From an uncultured Actinomycetota bacterium (GTDB lineage Bacteria; Actinomycetota; Actinomycetes; JAFAQI01): DNA of 64,000 bases. Shown piece by piece: positions 29,158 through 39,948 of this stretch. Positions within the stretch are counted from its first letter, which is position 1; the number at the start of each line of letters is the position of its first letter. Under the pieces are notes generated by a model. It had not been told where the DNA came from and searched no databases. It saw nothing but the letters and a program-made list of their open reading frames with translations. The translations under genes and the position numbers were made by a program. The stretch spans positions 512,001 to 576,000 of the forward strand of contig CAVYQE010000001.1 of assembly GCA_963770565.1 (NCBI GenBank). The letters are read 5' to 3'.

Positions 29158-29882
29158 GCGGAGTCGTTTGCGTCGCGGCGGTGATGCTCGCGGCCGGTTG
29201 CTTCGGACCCGCGCCGCAACGACGCGAGCGGCGCCTCGACACAGTGGTGCCTGACCCGACCACAGTCGGCGCGCCAAGCGCGGACCGTCGCCCAGCCCGA
29301 TCGTCACCACCGGCCCGACTACTTGTCCTCGCGGCGGTGGCGCTGCTCGCCGGGATCGTTGCGGTCGGCGGAATGATCGGCGTAGTGCTCGGTGCGGCGG
29401 GTGCAGTGGTGGCGATCGTCGTACGACCTGGATCTGCGGCCGCCCCCATCAACCCGGACGACGTGCCGCTCGTGGCCGACCTGATCGCCGGCTGCCTGGC
29501 GGCCGGCGCGCCGCTGCCGAACGCTCTGATGGCGGCGTCGACGGTGGCCGACGCCGCGATGCGCGGGTGCTGTGCGGCGGTGGCCGACGCCCTGCGGTCC
29601 GGCGCGCTCGCCGAGGAGGCCTGGCAGCCGTGGCTGGCGATCCCGGCCTTGGCGCCGGTCGCGCGGACCCTGGTGCGTACCACGGTGACCGGAGCCGCCG
29701 CCGCGGCCGACCTGGAGCGGACGGCGGCCCGGCTCCGGGCCCAGCGCCGAGCGGGCGCAGAGCACCGGGTCAGGCGTGCGTCGGTCTGGCTGGTGGTGCC
29801 GCTCGGGTTGGGTTTCCTCCCGGCGTTCGTGCTGGTCGCCGTCGTGCCGCTCGTGGTCGGCTTGGTGCCAGCGCTGCATTGA
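29154..29882 (+). CDS. tadC: TadC-like (type II secretion F domain) membrane protein
   Basis: DLIAGCLAAGAP, VPLGLGFLPAFVLVAVVP. Confidence 0.8.
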   Translation: MSGVVCVAAVMLAAGCFGPAPQRRERRLDTVVPDPTTVGAPSADRRPARSSPPARLLVLAAVALLAGIVAVGGMIGVVLGAAGAVVAIVVRPGSAAAPINPDDVPLVADLIAGCLAAGAPLPNALMAASTVADAAMRGCCAAVADALRSGALAEEAWQPWLAIPALAPVARTLVRTTVTGAAAAADLERTAARLRAQRRAGAEHRVRRASVWLVVPLGLGFLPAFVLVAVVPLVVGLVPALH

Positions 29883-30042
29883 ACGAGATGCGACGGTCAC
29901 CTCCACAGCGGCATCGGCGGCCCGGGTTGTGCACATCGTGATCACGCCCGCGGCTCGACGCCCGGATTGCGGCGAGCCTCGGAAGCGTCCCGGCATCGCC
30001 GGGGTCCGCGCCGGTCGGCTGCCGGCGAGAAGGGAGTTGGCG

Positions 30043-30237
30043 ATGCGGCGAGTCTGGGCTGCGTTGCGCAGCCGTGCCCGCACAGTGTCCGACGCCGGAA
30101 TGTCAACGGCGGAGTACGCCGTCGGCACCGTGGCCGCCTGCGGCTTCGGCGCCCTGCTGTTCAAGATCCTCACCAGTGGCTTTGCGACCAGCTTGCTCGA
30201 GAGCATCATTTCTCGCGCGCTGCACCTCGGCTTGTGA
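30043..30237 (+). CDS. Flp-type pilin (DUF4244)
   Basis: Prepilin site DAG|MSTAEYAVGT followed by a hydrophobic helix. Confidence 0.88.
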   Translation: MRRVWAALRSRARTVSDAGMSTAEYAVGTVAACGFGALLFKILTSGFATSLLESIISRALHLGL

Positions 30238-30650
30238 CGAGTCGGTTCGGCCGGGTCGGGTCGGTAGTTGCCGGCCCGGCCGCGCCGCGTCGACTCGCGC
30301 GCGACGACGGAATGGTGACCGCCGAGTTTGCGGTGGCACTGCCGGCCTTCGTCGTCGTGGTCCTGCTCGCGCTCGGCGGCGTGGCGGTGATGACGGCGCA
30401 ACTTCGGTGCGTCGATGCGGCCGAGGCAGCGGCCCGAATGGCGGCGCGCGGTGACTCGGTTGCCCTCGTTCGTTCCACCGCGCTTGGTAGCGCACCCGGC
30501 GGCTCGACGCTCTCCGTGACGACGGCCGATGAGGTGGTGACGGCCACCGTGCAGGCGAACATTTCGTTGCCAGGACTGGCCAAACTGCTCCCTGGCATCA
30601 CCGTGCGAGCGCAGGTGTCAGACCCGCTCGAACCGGGTCCGCCCCAGTGA
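30234..30650 (+). CDS. TadE-family minor pilin
   Basis: DDG|MVTAEFAVALP, DAAEAAARMAARG. Confidence 0.85.
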   Translation: MTSRFGRVGSVVAGPAAPRRLARDDGMVTAEFAVALPAFVVVVLLALGGVAVMTAQLRCVDAAEAAARMAARGDSVALVRSTALGSAPGGSTLSVTTADEVVTATVQANISLPGLAKLLPGITVRAQVSDPLEPGPPQ

Positions 30651-31060
30651 CCCGCGACCAACGTGGCCGGACTCCCGATCGCGACGAGCGCGGGTTTGCG
30701 ACCGTTTGGGTGATCACCGCGATGGCCCTCGTCACGGTGATCACCGGGGTCGCGATCTGTTTCGGAGTGGCGCTCGTGCAGCAACGCCGAGCCGCCGCTG
30801 CGGCCGATGCAGCGGCACTTTCCGCAGCGCTGCTCGCCGTACAAGGTCCGACAGCGGCCTGCCAGTCGGGCACGGCGATCGGCCGGCGTGACGATGCGAG
30901 CATCACCCATTGCGAGTTGCGAGGCGCAGACGCCTACGTCGTGGTCGCGGTCCCGCTTCCGCCACCGATCAGGTGGTTGGGACCGGCCGTCGGCCGGGCC
31001 AGAGCCGGGCCGGCCGGCGAGGCGCCGACCTCATCCCCAGCACTCGCGGATGACCGCTGA
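30647..31060 (+). CDS. TadE-like protein (Rv3654c family)
   Basis: ERG|FATVW, AAADAAALSAA, C-terminal ARAGP. Confidence 0.85.
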   Translation: MTRDQRGRTPDRDERGFATVWVITAMALVTVITGVAICFGVALVQQRRAAAAADAAALSAALLAVQGPTAACQSGTAIGRRDDASITHCELRGADAYVVVAVPLPPPIRWLGPAVGRARAGPAGEAPTSSPALADDR

Positions 31061-33334
31061 CAGCAGCCGCTGCGCGGCGGCCTTGTCGAGCGGCTCGTTG
31101 CCGTTGCCGCATTTCGGTGACTGCACACAGGACGGGCAGCCGGCCTCGCACTCGCATGCGGCGATGGCGTCGCGGGTCGCGGTCAGCCATTGCTCGGCCC
31201 GGTGAAAGGCGCGCTCGGCAAAGCCGGCCCCGCCGGCGTGCCCGTCGTACACGAAGACGGTCGGGAGCCCGGTGTCGGGGTGTAGTGCGGTCGAGACGCC
31301 GCCGACGTCCCACCGGTCGCAGGTCGCGACGAGCGGCAGCAGGCCGATCGATGCGTGTTCGGCGGCGTGGGCCGCGCCGGGCAGCTGCGCGGCGTCGATG
31401 CCGGCGTCGGCGAGCAGCTCATCGGTCACCGTCCACCAGGCGGAGGTGGTGCGCAGCTGGCGGGGTGGCAGGTCAAGTGGCTCCTCGCCCAGCACCTCGC
31501 CGGACCCGAGCCGGCGGCGCAGGAACGACACCACCTGCTGGGTGACATCGACCGTCCCGAGGTGAAGGGCCACCGGCCCTCGGTCGATGGACCGCGACGT
31601 AGCGACGATCGAGATGTCGGTGATGTCGCGGGCCGAGGTCGACCAGTCCGGCGTTGCCGGGTCGACAAGTGCGGTCGAGTCGTCGAGGTCGAGGGCGCGG
31701 ACCAGGAAGGTCTGGCCCTGGTGGAGATAGACCGCGCCGTCGTGCACGGTCGCATGGGACGCGGATGCGTCCACGGTCCCGAGCAGCCGCCCGGTGTCGG
31801 CCTCGCAGATCCTGACCGGTTCACCACCGGTGCCGCGCAGATCGGCCAGCGCGCTGGCGCGCTCGCGCCGGGTCCAGAACCACCCGGTCGGGCGTCGGCG
31901 CAGCAGCCCGGCAGCCACCAGCTCGTCGATCGCCGCGCTGGCCGCGGGTCCGAACAGCTCGACGTCGGCGTCGGTGAGCGGCAGCTCGGCCGCGGCGGCG
32001 GCCAGGTGCGGGGCAACGACGTACGGGTTGTCGGGGTCGAGGACCGCGGCTTCGACCGGCTGGCTGAAGATCGCCTCTGGGTGATGGACCAGGTAGGTGT
32101 CGAGGGGGTCATCGCGCGCGACCAGGATCGCCAGCGCGTGACCGCCCCGCCGACCGGCCCGACCGGCCTGTTGCCACAGCGAGGCCCGGGTCCCCGGCCA
32201 GCCGGCGATGACGACCGCGTCCAGGCCACTCACGTCCACACCTAGCTCGAGCGCGTTGGTACTCGCCATCCCGAGGATGTCGCCGCGGTGCAGCGCGCGT
32301 TCGAGCGCACGCCGATCTTCCGGCAGGTAGCCGGCGCGATACGCCGCGATCCGGTCGGCGAGCTCGGGCACCGACTCCTGCAGGCTCCGCCGAGCGCCGA
32401 GCGCGATCGACTCGGCGCCCCGGCGCGACCGGACGAACGCCAGCGTGCGCACACCGCTGAGGACCAGGTCGGCCAGCAGGTCGGCGGTCTCGGCGGTGGC
32501 GGTACGGCGGACCGGTGCGCCGTGCTCACCGTTCAGTTCGAGGAGTGGTGGCTCCCAGAGCACCATGTCGATCGGCGCGCGCGGCGATCCGTCGTCGACG
32601 ACTTCCGCCACGTCCAATGAGAGCAGAGACCGGGCGGTGGTCGCCGGATCGGCGACCGTGGCCGAGGCGAGGATGAAGACCGGCTCCGCGCCGTAGTGCG
32701 CGGCGATCCGGCGCAGTCGCCGCAGGACCTGCGCGACATGGGCGCCGAACACCCCGCGATAGCCGTGGCATTCGTCGACCACGACGAAGCGCAGCCGCTT
32801 GAAGAACGTCGACCAGCGCACATGGCCCGGCAGCAACGAGTGATGGGCCATGTCCGGATTGGTCAGCACGAGGTCGGCATGCCGCCGCGCCCAGTCACGC
32901 TCCTCGAGCGGGGTGTCGCCGTCGAACGTCGCGGCCCGCACATCGGCGAGGCCCAGCTCGCCGATCGCCCGCAGCTGGTCACCGGCGAGCGCCTTCGTCG
33001 GCGCGAGATAGAGGGTGGTGCCCTCGCCCTGCAGCGCACAGGTGAGAGCGGGGAGCAGGTAGCCCAGCGACTTGCCCGACGCGGTCCCGGTCGCGAGTAC
33101 CACCGAGCGCCCGGACCAGGCCAGCTCGGCGGTTGTGACCTGATGGGCCCAGGGCCGCTCGACGCCCTGGGCCCGCAGGGCTTCGATCAGCTCCGGCGCC
33201 ACCCATTCGGGCCAGTCCGCGCAACGGCTCGCGCGGGCCGCGAGCCGCTCGACGTGGGTGATCCGGTCCCGATGCCGCGCGTTGCGCAGCAACAGCGTCA
33301 GGGGCGCTCGCGCCGGGCTCGCGACGGCGGTCAC
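31031..33334 (-). CDS. DEAD/DEAH-box helicase with DUF1998 (SftH/Hrq1-like)
   Basis: TGTASGKS, VDECH, ALELGVD, QQAGRAGR, C-terminal CECEAGCPSC. Confidence 0.93.
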   Translation of the reverse strand: MTAVASPARAPLTLLLRNARHRDRITHVERLAARASRCADWPEWVAPELIEALRAQGVERPWAHQVTTAELAWSGRSVVLATGTASGKSLGYLLPALTCALQGEGTTLYLAPTKALAGDQLRAIGELGLADVRAATFDGDTPLEERDWARRHADLVLTNPDMAHHSLLPGHVRWSTFFKRLRFVVVDECHGYRGVFGAHVAQVLRRLRRIAAHYGAEPVFILASATVADPATTARSLLSLDVAEVVDDGSPRAPIDMVLWEPPLLELNGEHGAPVRRTATAETADLLADLVLSGVRTLAFVRSRRGAESIALGARRSLQESVPELADRIAAYRAGYLPEDRRALERALHRGDILGMASTNALELGVDVSGLDAVVIAGWPGTRASLWQQAGRAGRRGGHALAILVARDDPLDTYLVHHPEAIFSQPVEAAVLDPDNPYVVAPHLAAAAAELPLTDADVELFGPAASAAIDELVAAGLLRRRPTGWFWTRRERASALADLRGTGGEPVRICEADTGRLLGTVDASASHATVHDGAVYLHQGQTFLVRALDLDDSTALVDPATPDWSTSARDITDISIVATSRSIDRGPVALHLGTVDVTQQVVSFLRRRLGSGEVLGEEPLDLPPRQLRTTSAWWTVTDELLADAGIDAAQLPGAAHAAEHASIGLLPLVATCDRWDVGGVSTALHPDTGLPTVFVYDGHAGGAGFAERAFHRAEQWLTATRDAIAACECEAGCPSCVQSPKCGNGNEPLDKAAAQRLLSAVIRECWG

Positions 33335-33544
33335 CGCGGGCTCATCGAGCCTGACTCGTCGCGCAGGTTCGAGGGAGTGATCAAGGTGGGCACGGCGTAC
33401 CCCGACCATCGCGACCATCGATCACCTTTAAGAGTGTGCCAGCGGGGTACGACTGGGCGCGCAGCGGCAATCGGTGATTGACGCGGCGTGATGGTTTGAT
33501 GGGAGGGGACCGTGAATGAGGTTTTGCCGGCCGCTGGAGGACGC

Positions 33545-33886
33545 GTGGATCTGACCCTTTCGACCAAGGTAGAAGGAGACCGCACCGTTGTTGCGGTGGG
33601 CGGGGAGATCGACGTCTACACCGCGCCGAGGCTTCGCGAGCACCTCATCGACCTGGTGTCCGGTGGCAGCTACCACCTGATCATCGACATGGAGAGCGTC
33701 GACTTTCTCGACTCCACCGGCCTCGGGGTCCTCGTCGGGGGCCTCAAGCGGGTGCGATCGCACGAGGGCTCGCTGCACCTGGTCTGCACGCAGGACCGAA
33801 TCCTGAAGATCTTCCGCATCACCGGCCTCACTAAGGTTTTCCCGATCCACGCGACCGTGGACGAAGCCCTCGCCGCTGCCGAATAG
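33545..33886 (+). CDS. bldG: STAS anti-anti-sigma factor (BldG-like)
   Basis: [29 protein letters not shown]. Confidence 0.9.
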   Translation: MDLTLSTKVEGDRTVVAVGGEIDVYTAPRLREHLIDLVSGGSYHLIIDMESVDFLDSTGLGVLVGGLKRVRSHEGSLHLVCTQDRILKIFRITGLTKVFPIHATVDEALAAAE

Positions 33887-33902
33887 GCCGAGGCTCCCCC
33901 CG

Positions 33903-34370
33903 ATGGCCACGGTGGACGTCAGCTTCACCCCCTTACCGGCGCACGTGCGGACGGCGCGGCTGGTGGCGCTCGCGATGGCGCGGCGCATCGGGGTGGCCGA
34001 GGACACCCTGGACGAGGTCCGGCTCGCGGTCGGCGAGGCGTGCTCGCGGGCGGTCGGCGTCCACGCCGCCCGCGCCCCGAGCACTCCGGTCACGATGCGG
34101 CTGTCCGACGATGACGGGTGTTTCACCGTGGAGGTCACCGACGCCGGGGTGCTCGACGACGACGAGGAGAGCGAGTTCGGGGCGCTCGATGCCTCGCGGC
34201 TGAGTGCCGCGGTCGTTCCCGACGGGCCACTTGATGCGCTTCCGCCGGGCTTCGGGCTGGTCGTGATCGGCGGCTTGGTCGAGCAGCTCGATGTCCACTG
34301 CGACGAGTCGGGCACCCACGTCACGATGACCTGGCCGGCGCCCGGCCCGATCGACCTGACCAGGGACTGA
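33903..34370 (+). CDS. Anti-sigma factor / HATPase_c Ser kinase (RsbW-like)
   Basis: HVRTARLV, DEVRLAVGEAC, VTDAG, GFGLVVI; follows bldG. Confidence 0.85.
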   Translation: MATVDVSFTPLPAHVRTARLVALAMARRIGVAEDTLDEVRLAVGEACSRAVGVHAARAPSTPVTMRLSDDDGCFTVEVTDAGVLDDDEESEFGALDASRLSAAVVPDGPLDALPPGFGLVVIGGLVEQLDVHCDESGTHVTMTWPAPGPIDLTRD

Positions 34371-34558
34371 CCGCACCGGCGTTTTCGGCACTCCCGCACA
34401 CCCGGCTGGCCGCTGGCGACTACACTCTCGGCGCTACAACACCGTGCCCGCTTCTAGACCCTGCCCGCTCGCACAACGCCCGCTCCTTCGACGCTGCGCT
34501 ACCGCGCCTGCATCGGGTCGGGCGCCACGTGTCGCTGACGCCGACCCGAAGGACCTCG

Positions 34559-36877
34559 ATGTCGCCGCTCGCTCTGGCCGTACCGGTTTCCGCTGTGCAT
34601 CGGACCCTCGCGGATCCCGCCTCCCTGACGAGTAAGGAACACGCCATCGTCGCGGTGATCGCGGTGATCGCGGTGTTGGCGCTCGGCGTCTCGGCGTTCT
34701 TCGCCCGGCAGGTCCTGGCCTATGACCAGGGCACCGCGAAGATGCAGGAGATTTCCAAAGCCGTGCAGGAGGGGGCGAGCGCCTACCTCCGGCGGCAGTT
34801 CAAGACCCTCGCGCCGTTCGCCGTCATCATCTTCGGCCTGCTGTTCATCCTCCCGGCCGACACCACCGGCTCGCGGATCGGGCGGTCCGCGTTCTTCCTC
34901 GTGGGCGCGGCGTTCTCGGCGTTCGTCGGCTTCTGCGGCATGACCCTGGCGACCCGGGCGAACGTCCGCACCGCAGCGGCGGCGCAGGCAAGTGGTGCCA
35001 AGGCAGCGACCAGGGTCGCCTTCCGCTCCGGCGGTACGGTCGGCATGCTCACGGTCGGGCTCGGCCTGCTGGGCGCGAGCGTGGTCACGCTGATCTTCAA
35101 CAGTCACGCGCCGCAGGTGCTCGAGGGTTTCGGCTTCGGCGCCGCCCTGCTCGCGATGTTCATGCGGGTCGGCGGCGGCATCTTCACCAAGGCCGCCGAT
35201 GTCGGCGCCGACCTGGTCGGCAAGGTCGAGCAGGGCATCCCCGAAGACGACCCGCGCAACGCCGCCACCATTGCCGACAACGTCGGTGACAACGTCGGTG
35301 ACTGTGCGGGGATGGCGGCCGACCTGTTCGAGTCGTACGCCGTGACCCTCGTCGCGTCGCTGTTGCTCGGCCAGGTCGCCTTCGGGCGGGACGGGCTGGT
35401 GCTCCCGCTGCTCATCCCGGCGGTCGGTGTCCTCACCGCCGTACTCGGGGTCTTCGTGACCGCACCGCGCGAGGGGGACCGCAACGGCCTGGTCGCGATC
35501 AACCGGGGTTTCTTCATCTCGGCAATCGCGGCGGCGATCGGCGTGGCCATCGTGGCGTTCGCCTTCCTTCCCTCGTCGTTCGCGAAGCTCGGCGTCGGCG
35601 GGGCCGAGGGCGACGTTTCCGGGCTTTCGGGCAATCCGCGGGTGATGGCCTTCCTCGCCGTCCTTGTCGGGCTCGTGCTCGCCAGCGCGATCCAGATGCT
35701 CACCGGCTACTTCACCGAGGTCGAGCGCCGGCCGGTCCAGGACATCGGCCGGGCCTCACTGACCGGCGCCGCCACGGTGATTCTCGGCGGCGTCTCGATC
35801 GGGCTGGAGTCCGCGGTCTACTCCGCCATCCTGATCGGCGGAGCGGTGTACGTCGCCTTCCTGCTCGGGCACGGCGTCGTCGTGCTCTCGCTGTTTGCGG
35901 TCGCGCTGGCCGGCACCGGCCTGCTGACCACGGTCGGCGTAATCGTCGCGATGGACACCTTCGGGCCGATCTCCGACAACGCCCAGGGTGTGGCCGAGAT
36001 GTCCGGCGACGTGACCGGCACGGGCGCCGAGGTGCTGACCGCGCTCGATGCGGTCGGCAATACGACCAAGGCGATCACCAAGGGAATCGCGATCGCGACC
36101 GCGGTGCTCGCCGCGACCGCGCTGTTCGGGTCGTTCGCGACCTCGGTCGAGGCGATCAAGGCACAGCAGTCGACCGGGTTCCACTTCGCGCTCGCGGTCG
36201 ACAAACCGAACGTTTTGTTCGGGCTGATCATCGGTGCCTCGGTGGTGTTCCTCTTCTCCGGTCTGGCAATCAGCGCGGTCGCCCGCGCCGCCGGCCGGGT
36301 GGTGATCGAGGTCCGAGACCAATTCCGGAACAACCCTGGGATCATGGACGGCACCGTCCGGCCTGACTACGCCCGGGTCGTCGACATCTGCACGAAGGAT
36401 TCGTTGCGCGAGCTCGCCACGCCCGGACTGCTCGCGGTGCTCGCGCCGATCGCCACCGGGTTCTGGCTCGGCTGGGAGCCGCTTGGCGCCTACCTCGCGG
36501 GCGCGATCGCCGCAGGTGTGTTGATGGCGATCTTCCTGGCCAACTCCGGTGGCGCCTGGGACAACGCCAAGAAGCTGGTGGAGGACGGCAACTACGGCGG
36601 CAAGGGCTCGCCGGCGCACGAGGCCACGGTGATCGGCGACACGGTCGGCGACCCGTTCAAGGACACTGCGGGCCCGGCGCTCAACCCGCTGATCAAGGTC
36701 ATGAACCTGGTCGCGTTGCTGATCGCGCCCACGGTCGTGAAGTACGGCGTACACGGACCGCACCAGAACAACGCGGTCCGGATCATCGTCGGGGTGCTGG
36801 CGCTCGGTGGCATCGTCGCCGCCGTGATCGTGAGCAAGCGCCGCCACGTCGACATGAGCAGCCCGGCGGCGACCTAG
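34559..36877 (+). CDS. hppA: Membrane-bound H+-translocating pyrophosphatase (predicted K+-independent)
   Basis: GGIFTKAADVGADLVGKVE, EDDPRN, GDTVGDPFKDT; Lys in GNTTKA. Confidence 0.95.
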   Translation: MSPLALAVPVSAVHRTLADPASLTSKEHAIVAVIAVIAVLALGVSAFFARQVLAYDQGTAKMQEISKAVQEGASAYLRRQFKTLAPFAVIIFGLLFILPADTTGSRIGRSAFFLVGAAFSAFVGFCGMTLATRANVRTAAAAQASGAKAATRVAFRSGGTVGMLTVGLGLLGASVVTLIFNSHAPQVLEGFGFGAALLAMFMRVGGGIFTKAADVGADLVGKVEQGIPEDDPRNAATIADNVGDNVGDCAGMAADLFESYAVTLVASLLLGQVAFGRDGLVLPLLIPAVGVLTAVLGVFVTAPREGDRNGLVAINRGFFISAIAAAIGVAIVAFAFLPSSFAKLGVGGAEGDVSGLSGNPRVMAFLAVLVGLVLASAIQMLTGYFTEVERRPVQDIGRASLTGAATVILGGVSIGLESAVYSAILIGGAVYVAFLLGHGVVVLSLFAVALAGTGLLTTVGVIVAMDTFGPISDNAQGVAEMSGDVTGTGAEVLTALDAVGNTTKAITKGIAIATAVLAATALFGSFATSVEAIKAQQSTGFHFALAVDKPNVLFGLIIGASVVFLFSGLAISAVARAAGRVVIEVRDQFRNNPGIMDGTVRPDYARVVDICTKDSLRELATPGLLAVLAPIATGFWLGWEPLGAYLAGAIAAGVLMAIFLANSGGAWDNAKKLVEDGNYGGKGSPAHEATVIGDTVGDPFKDTAGPALNPLIKVMNLVALLIAPTVVKYGVHGPHQNNAVRIIVGVLALGGIVAAVIVSKRRHVDMSSPAAT

Positions 36878-37025
36878 TTCTCCCGGTCCTTGTGCGGCGG
36901 CGAACCGCCGCCGACACGCTGGAGAAACGGCCCCGGCAGCGATTATCAGCCTTGGGGTGGCGTCGGAGGACTGAAGGCGTGTATACCCTTGCGCCGGTCT
37001 GATCGACCGACGAGGAAGGACCCGC

Positions 37026-39776
37026 GTGGCAAGCGACACCGAGGTGGCTGTGGCCGACGGCGATGGTCGGCGCCGGCTCGTCATCGTCGAGTCGCCCGCC
37101 AAGGCCCGCACGATCGCGGGCTACCTCGGCAGCGGCTACATCGTCGAGTCCTCGATCGGTCACATCCGGGATCTGCCCGGTGGCGCCGGCGAGATGCCGA
37201 AGGAACAAAAGCATCTGTGGAAGACCTACGGCATCGACGTCGACCACGATTTCGAGCCGGTCTACGTGGTCAACCCGGACAAGCGCCAGCAGGTCGCGAA
37301 GCTGAAGGCCGCCCTCAAGGGCGTCGACGAGCTGTTACTCGCCACTGACGAGGACCGCGAGGGCGAGGCGATCGCCTGGCACTTGCGCGAGGTGCTGAAG
37401 CCGAAGGTCCCGGTGCACCGGATGGTCTTCCACGAGATCACGCCGTCGGCGATTGCCGACGCCGTGGCGCATCCGCGCGACATCGACCAGGCTCTCGTCG
37501 ACGCGCAGGAGACCCGCCGGATCGTGGACCGGCTCTACGGGTACGGCGTCTCGCCGGTGCTCTGGAAGAAGGTCATGCCGCGGTTGTCAGCCGGCCGGGT
37601 GCAGTCGGTCGCGACCCGGTTGCTGGTCGAGCGTGAGCGGGCCCGGATCCGGTTCCGGTCGGCCGACTATTGGGATCTGACGGCCGAGTTCGACACCGGT
37701 GTGGCGCCGGCAGTGCCGGGTGACCCGACGTCGTTCGAGGCCGGGCTGATCGCGATCGACGGGCGCCGGGTGGCGACCGGGCGCGATTTCGGCGAGGACG
37801 GTCAGCTCGTCCGCGACGTGGTTCGGCTGCTCGAGCCCGACGCGGTCGGTCTGGCCGCCCGGCTGGACGACACCGAGTTCTCGGTTCGCGCGGTAGACGA
37901 GCGGCCTTACCGCCGGTCGCCGTACCCGCCGTTCATGACCAGCACGCTGCAGCAGGAAGGCAGTCGCAAGCTGCGGCTGACCGCCCGGCTGGTCATGTCG
38001 CTCGCGCAGCGGCTGTATGAGAACGGCTACATCACCTATATGCGGACCGACTCGACCACGCTGTCGGAGACCGCGTTGACCGCGGCCCGGGCACAGGCGC
38101 GGGAGCTCTACGGCGCCGAGTACGTGCCGGACGCGCCGCGGCGCTACGAGCGCAAGGTGAAGAACGCGCAAGAGGCGCACGAGGCGATCCGGCCGGCCGG
38201 CGACTCGTTCCGGACGCCGGCGTCGCTGCGCGGCGAGCTCAGCAACGACGAATACCGGCTGTACGAGCTGATCTGGCAGCGCACGGTTGCCTCGCAGATG
38301 GCCGACGCGGTCGGCCGCTCGGTCACCGTTCGGGTCGGGGGTGCGTCGTCGAGCGGTGAGGACGTCGAGTTCTCGGCGAGCGGCAAGGTCATCACCTTTC
38401 CCGGGTTCCTGCGGGCGTACGTCGAGGAGACCGAGGACGACACCGCGGAGCGCGACGACCGGGAGACCCGGCTGCCGCAGGTCGAGCAGGCCCAGCCGCT
38501 CACCGCGAACCGGATCGAGCCCCAGTCGCACTCGACCTCACCGCCGGCCCGCTACACCGAGGCCAGCCTGGTGAAGGCGCTCGAGGAGCTGGGCATCGGT
38601 CGGCCGTCGACGTACGCCTCGATCCTCGGCACGATCCAGGACCGCGGTTACGTGTTCAAGCGCGGCACCGCGCTGGTGCCGTCGTTCACCGCCTTCGCCG
38701 TCGTCGGGCTGCTGGAACAGCACTTCGGCCAGCTGGTGGACTACGGGTTCACCGCGGCGATGGAGGACGGTCTCGACGCGATCGCCAACGGCTCCGCGCA
38801 GTCGACCCAGTGGCTGGCGAACTTCTACTTCGGTGACGAGACCTCGACCGACGCCGACCCGCATGGCCTCAAGCAGCTGGTCGGCGACCGGCTGGGCGAG
38901 ATCGACGCCCGCGAGGTCAACTCATTGCCGGTCGGCGACGCCGAGGACGGCGAGTTGGTCGTCGCCCGGGTCGGTCGCTACGGCCCGTACGTCCAGAAGG
39001 GTGAGCTGCGAGCGAGCATCCCCGATGACCTGCCGCCCGACGAGCTGACCGTCGAGCGGGCAATGTCGCTGCTCAACAAGACCAGCGACGAGCGGCTGCT
39101 CGGCCAGGACCCCGACACCGCCGAGCCGATCCTGGTGCGCAGCGGCCGCTACGGGCCATATGTCACGACGCAGCCCCTCGACGGCGGCGAGATCAGGACC
39201 GCGTCGCTGTTCAAGGACATGTCGGTCGAGTCGGTCTCGCTCGACGATGCGCTCCGGCTGCTCTCGCTGCCGCGCGCGCTCGGTGTCGATCCCGGCACTG
39301 GCGAGGAGATCACGGCTCAGAACGGGCGCTATGGACCGTACGTGAAGCGCGGCGCCGACTCACGCTCGCTGGAGAACGAGCCGGCGCTGTTCACGACGAC
39401 CCTGGCCGACGCCCTCGCGCTGTTTGCCCAGCCGAAGCCGCGGGGCCGCCGGGCTGCGGCCGCTCCGGTCCGCGAGATCGGGGCGGACCCCTCCAGCGGC
39501 AAGCCGATCGTGGCGCGCGAGGGCCGGTTCGGCCCGTACGTGACCGACGGCGAGACCAACGCCTCGCTACGCAAGGGCGACAACATCGAGTCGCTCACCG
39601 TCGACCGCGCCGCCGAGCTGCTCGCCGAGCGTCGCGCGCGGGGTCCGGCGCCGGCCAAGCGGGCCACCCGGCGGGCCCCGGCGAAGAAGACGGCGGCCCG
39701 GAAGACGGCGGCCAGGAAGACCACCGCGAAGAAGGGAACGGCCAAGAAGGCCGCGGCCAAGAAGGCGGCTGACTGA
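37026..39776 (+). CDS. topA: DNA topoisomerase I
   Basis: IVESPAKA, ATDEDREGE, SAGRVQS, ITYMRTD, GRYGPY repeats, AKK-rich tail. Confidence 0.97.
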   Translation: MASDTEVAVADGDGRRRLVIVESPAKARTIAGYLGSGYIVESSIGHIRDLPGGAGEMPKEQKHLWKTYGIDVDHDFEPVYVVNPDKRQQVAKLKAALKGVDELLLATDEDREGEAIAWHLREVLKPKVPVHRMVFHEITPSAIADAVAHPRDIDQALVDAQETRRIVDRLYGYGVSPVLWKKVMPRLSAGRVQSVATRLLVERERARIRFRSADYWDLTAEFDTGVAPAVPGDPTSFEAGLIAIDGRRVATGRDFGEDGQLVRDVVRLLEPDAVGLAARLDDTEFSVRAVDERPYRRSPYPPFMTSTLQQEGSRKLRLTARLVMSLAQRLYENGYITYMRTDSTTLSETALTAARAQARELYGAEYVPDAPRRYERKVKNAQEAHEAIRPAGDSFRTPASLRGELSNDEYRLYELIWQRTVASQMADAVGRSVTVRVGGASSSGEDVEFSASGKVITFPGFLRAYVEETEDDTAERDDRETRLPQVEQAQPLTANRIEPQSHSTSPPARYTEASLVKALEELGIGRPSTYASILGTIQDRGYVFKRGTALVPSFTAFAVVGLLEQHFGQLVDYGFTAAMEDGLDAIANGSAQSTQWLANFYFGDETSTDADPHGLKQLVGDRLGEIDAREVNSLPVGDAEDGELVVARVGRYGPYVQKGELRASIPDDLPPDELTVERAMSLLNKTSDERLLGQDPDTAEPILVRSGRYGPYVTTQPLDGGEIRTASLFKDMSVESVSLDDALRLLSLPRALGVDPGTGEEITAQNGRYGPYVKRGADSRSLENEPALFTTTLADALALFAQPKPRGRRAAAAPVREIGADPSSGKPIVAREGRFGPYVTDGETNASLRKGDNIESLTVDRAAELLAERRARGPAPAKRATRRAPAKKTAARKTAARKTTAKKGTAKKAAAKKAAD

Positions 39777-39948
39777 GCGGGTCGGCCGCGGTGTCCCGGG
39801 CGATGGCTGAGGCGACTCAATTGGCTGGCGCGGCCGACCGGATCCCTGGATACGATCGGCTCGCACATTCCCTGCTAGCGAGGAGCGGGACATTCCTCGG
39901 TCACGGCGCCTGATTCGCGATGGGGCGCACGTACGCGACCTCAGCGAG

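Noticed and set aside
39660-39776. Short tandem repeats at the topA 3' end
   Set aside because: Encodes the known Lys/Ala-rich tail of actinobacterial TopA
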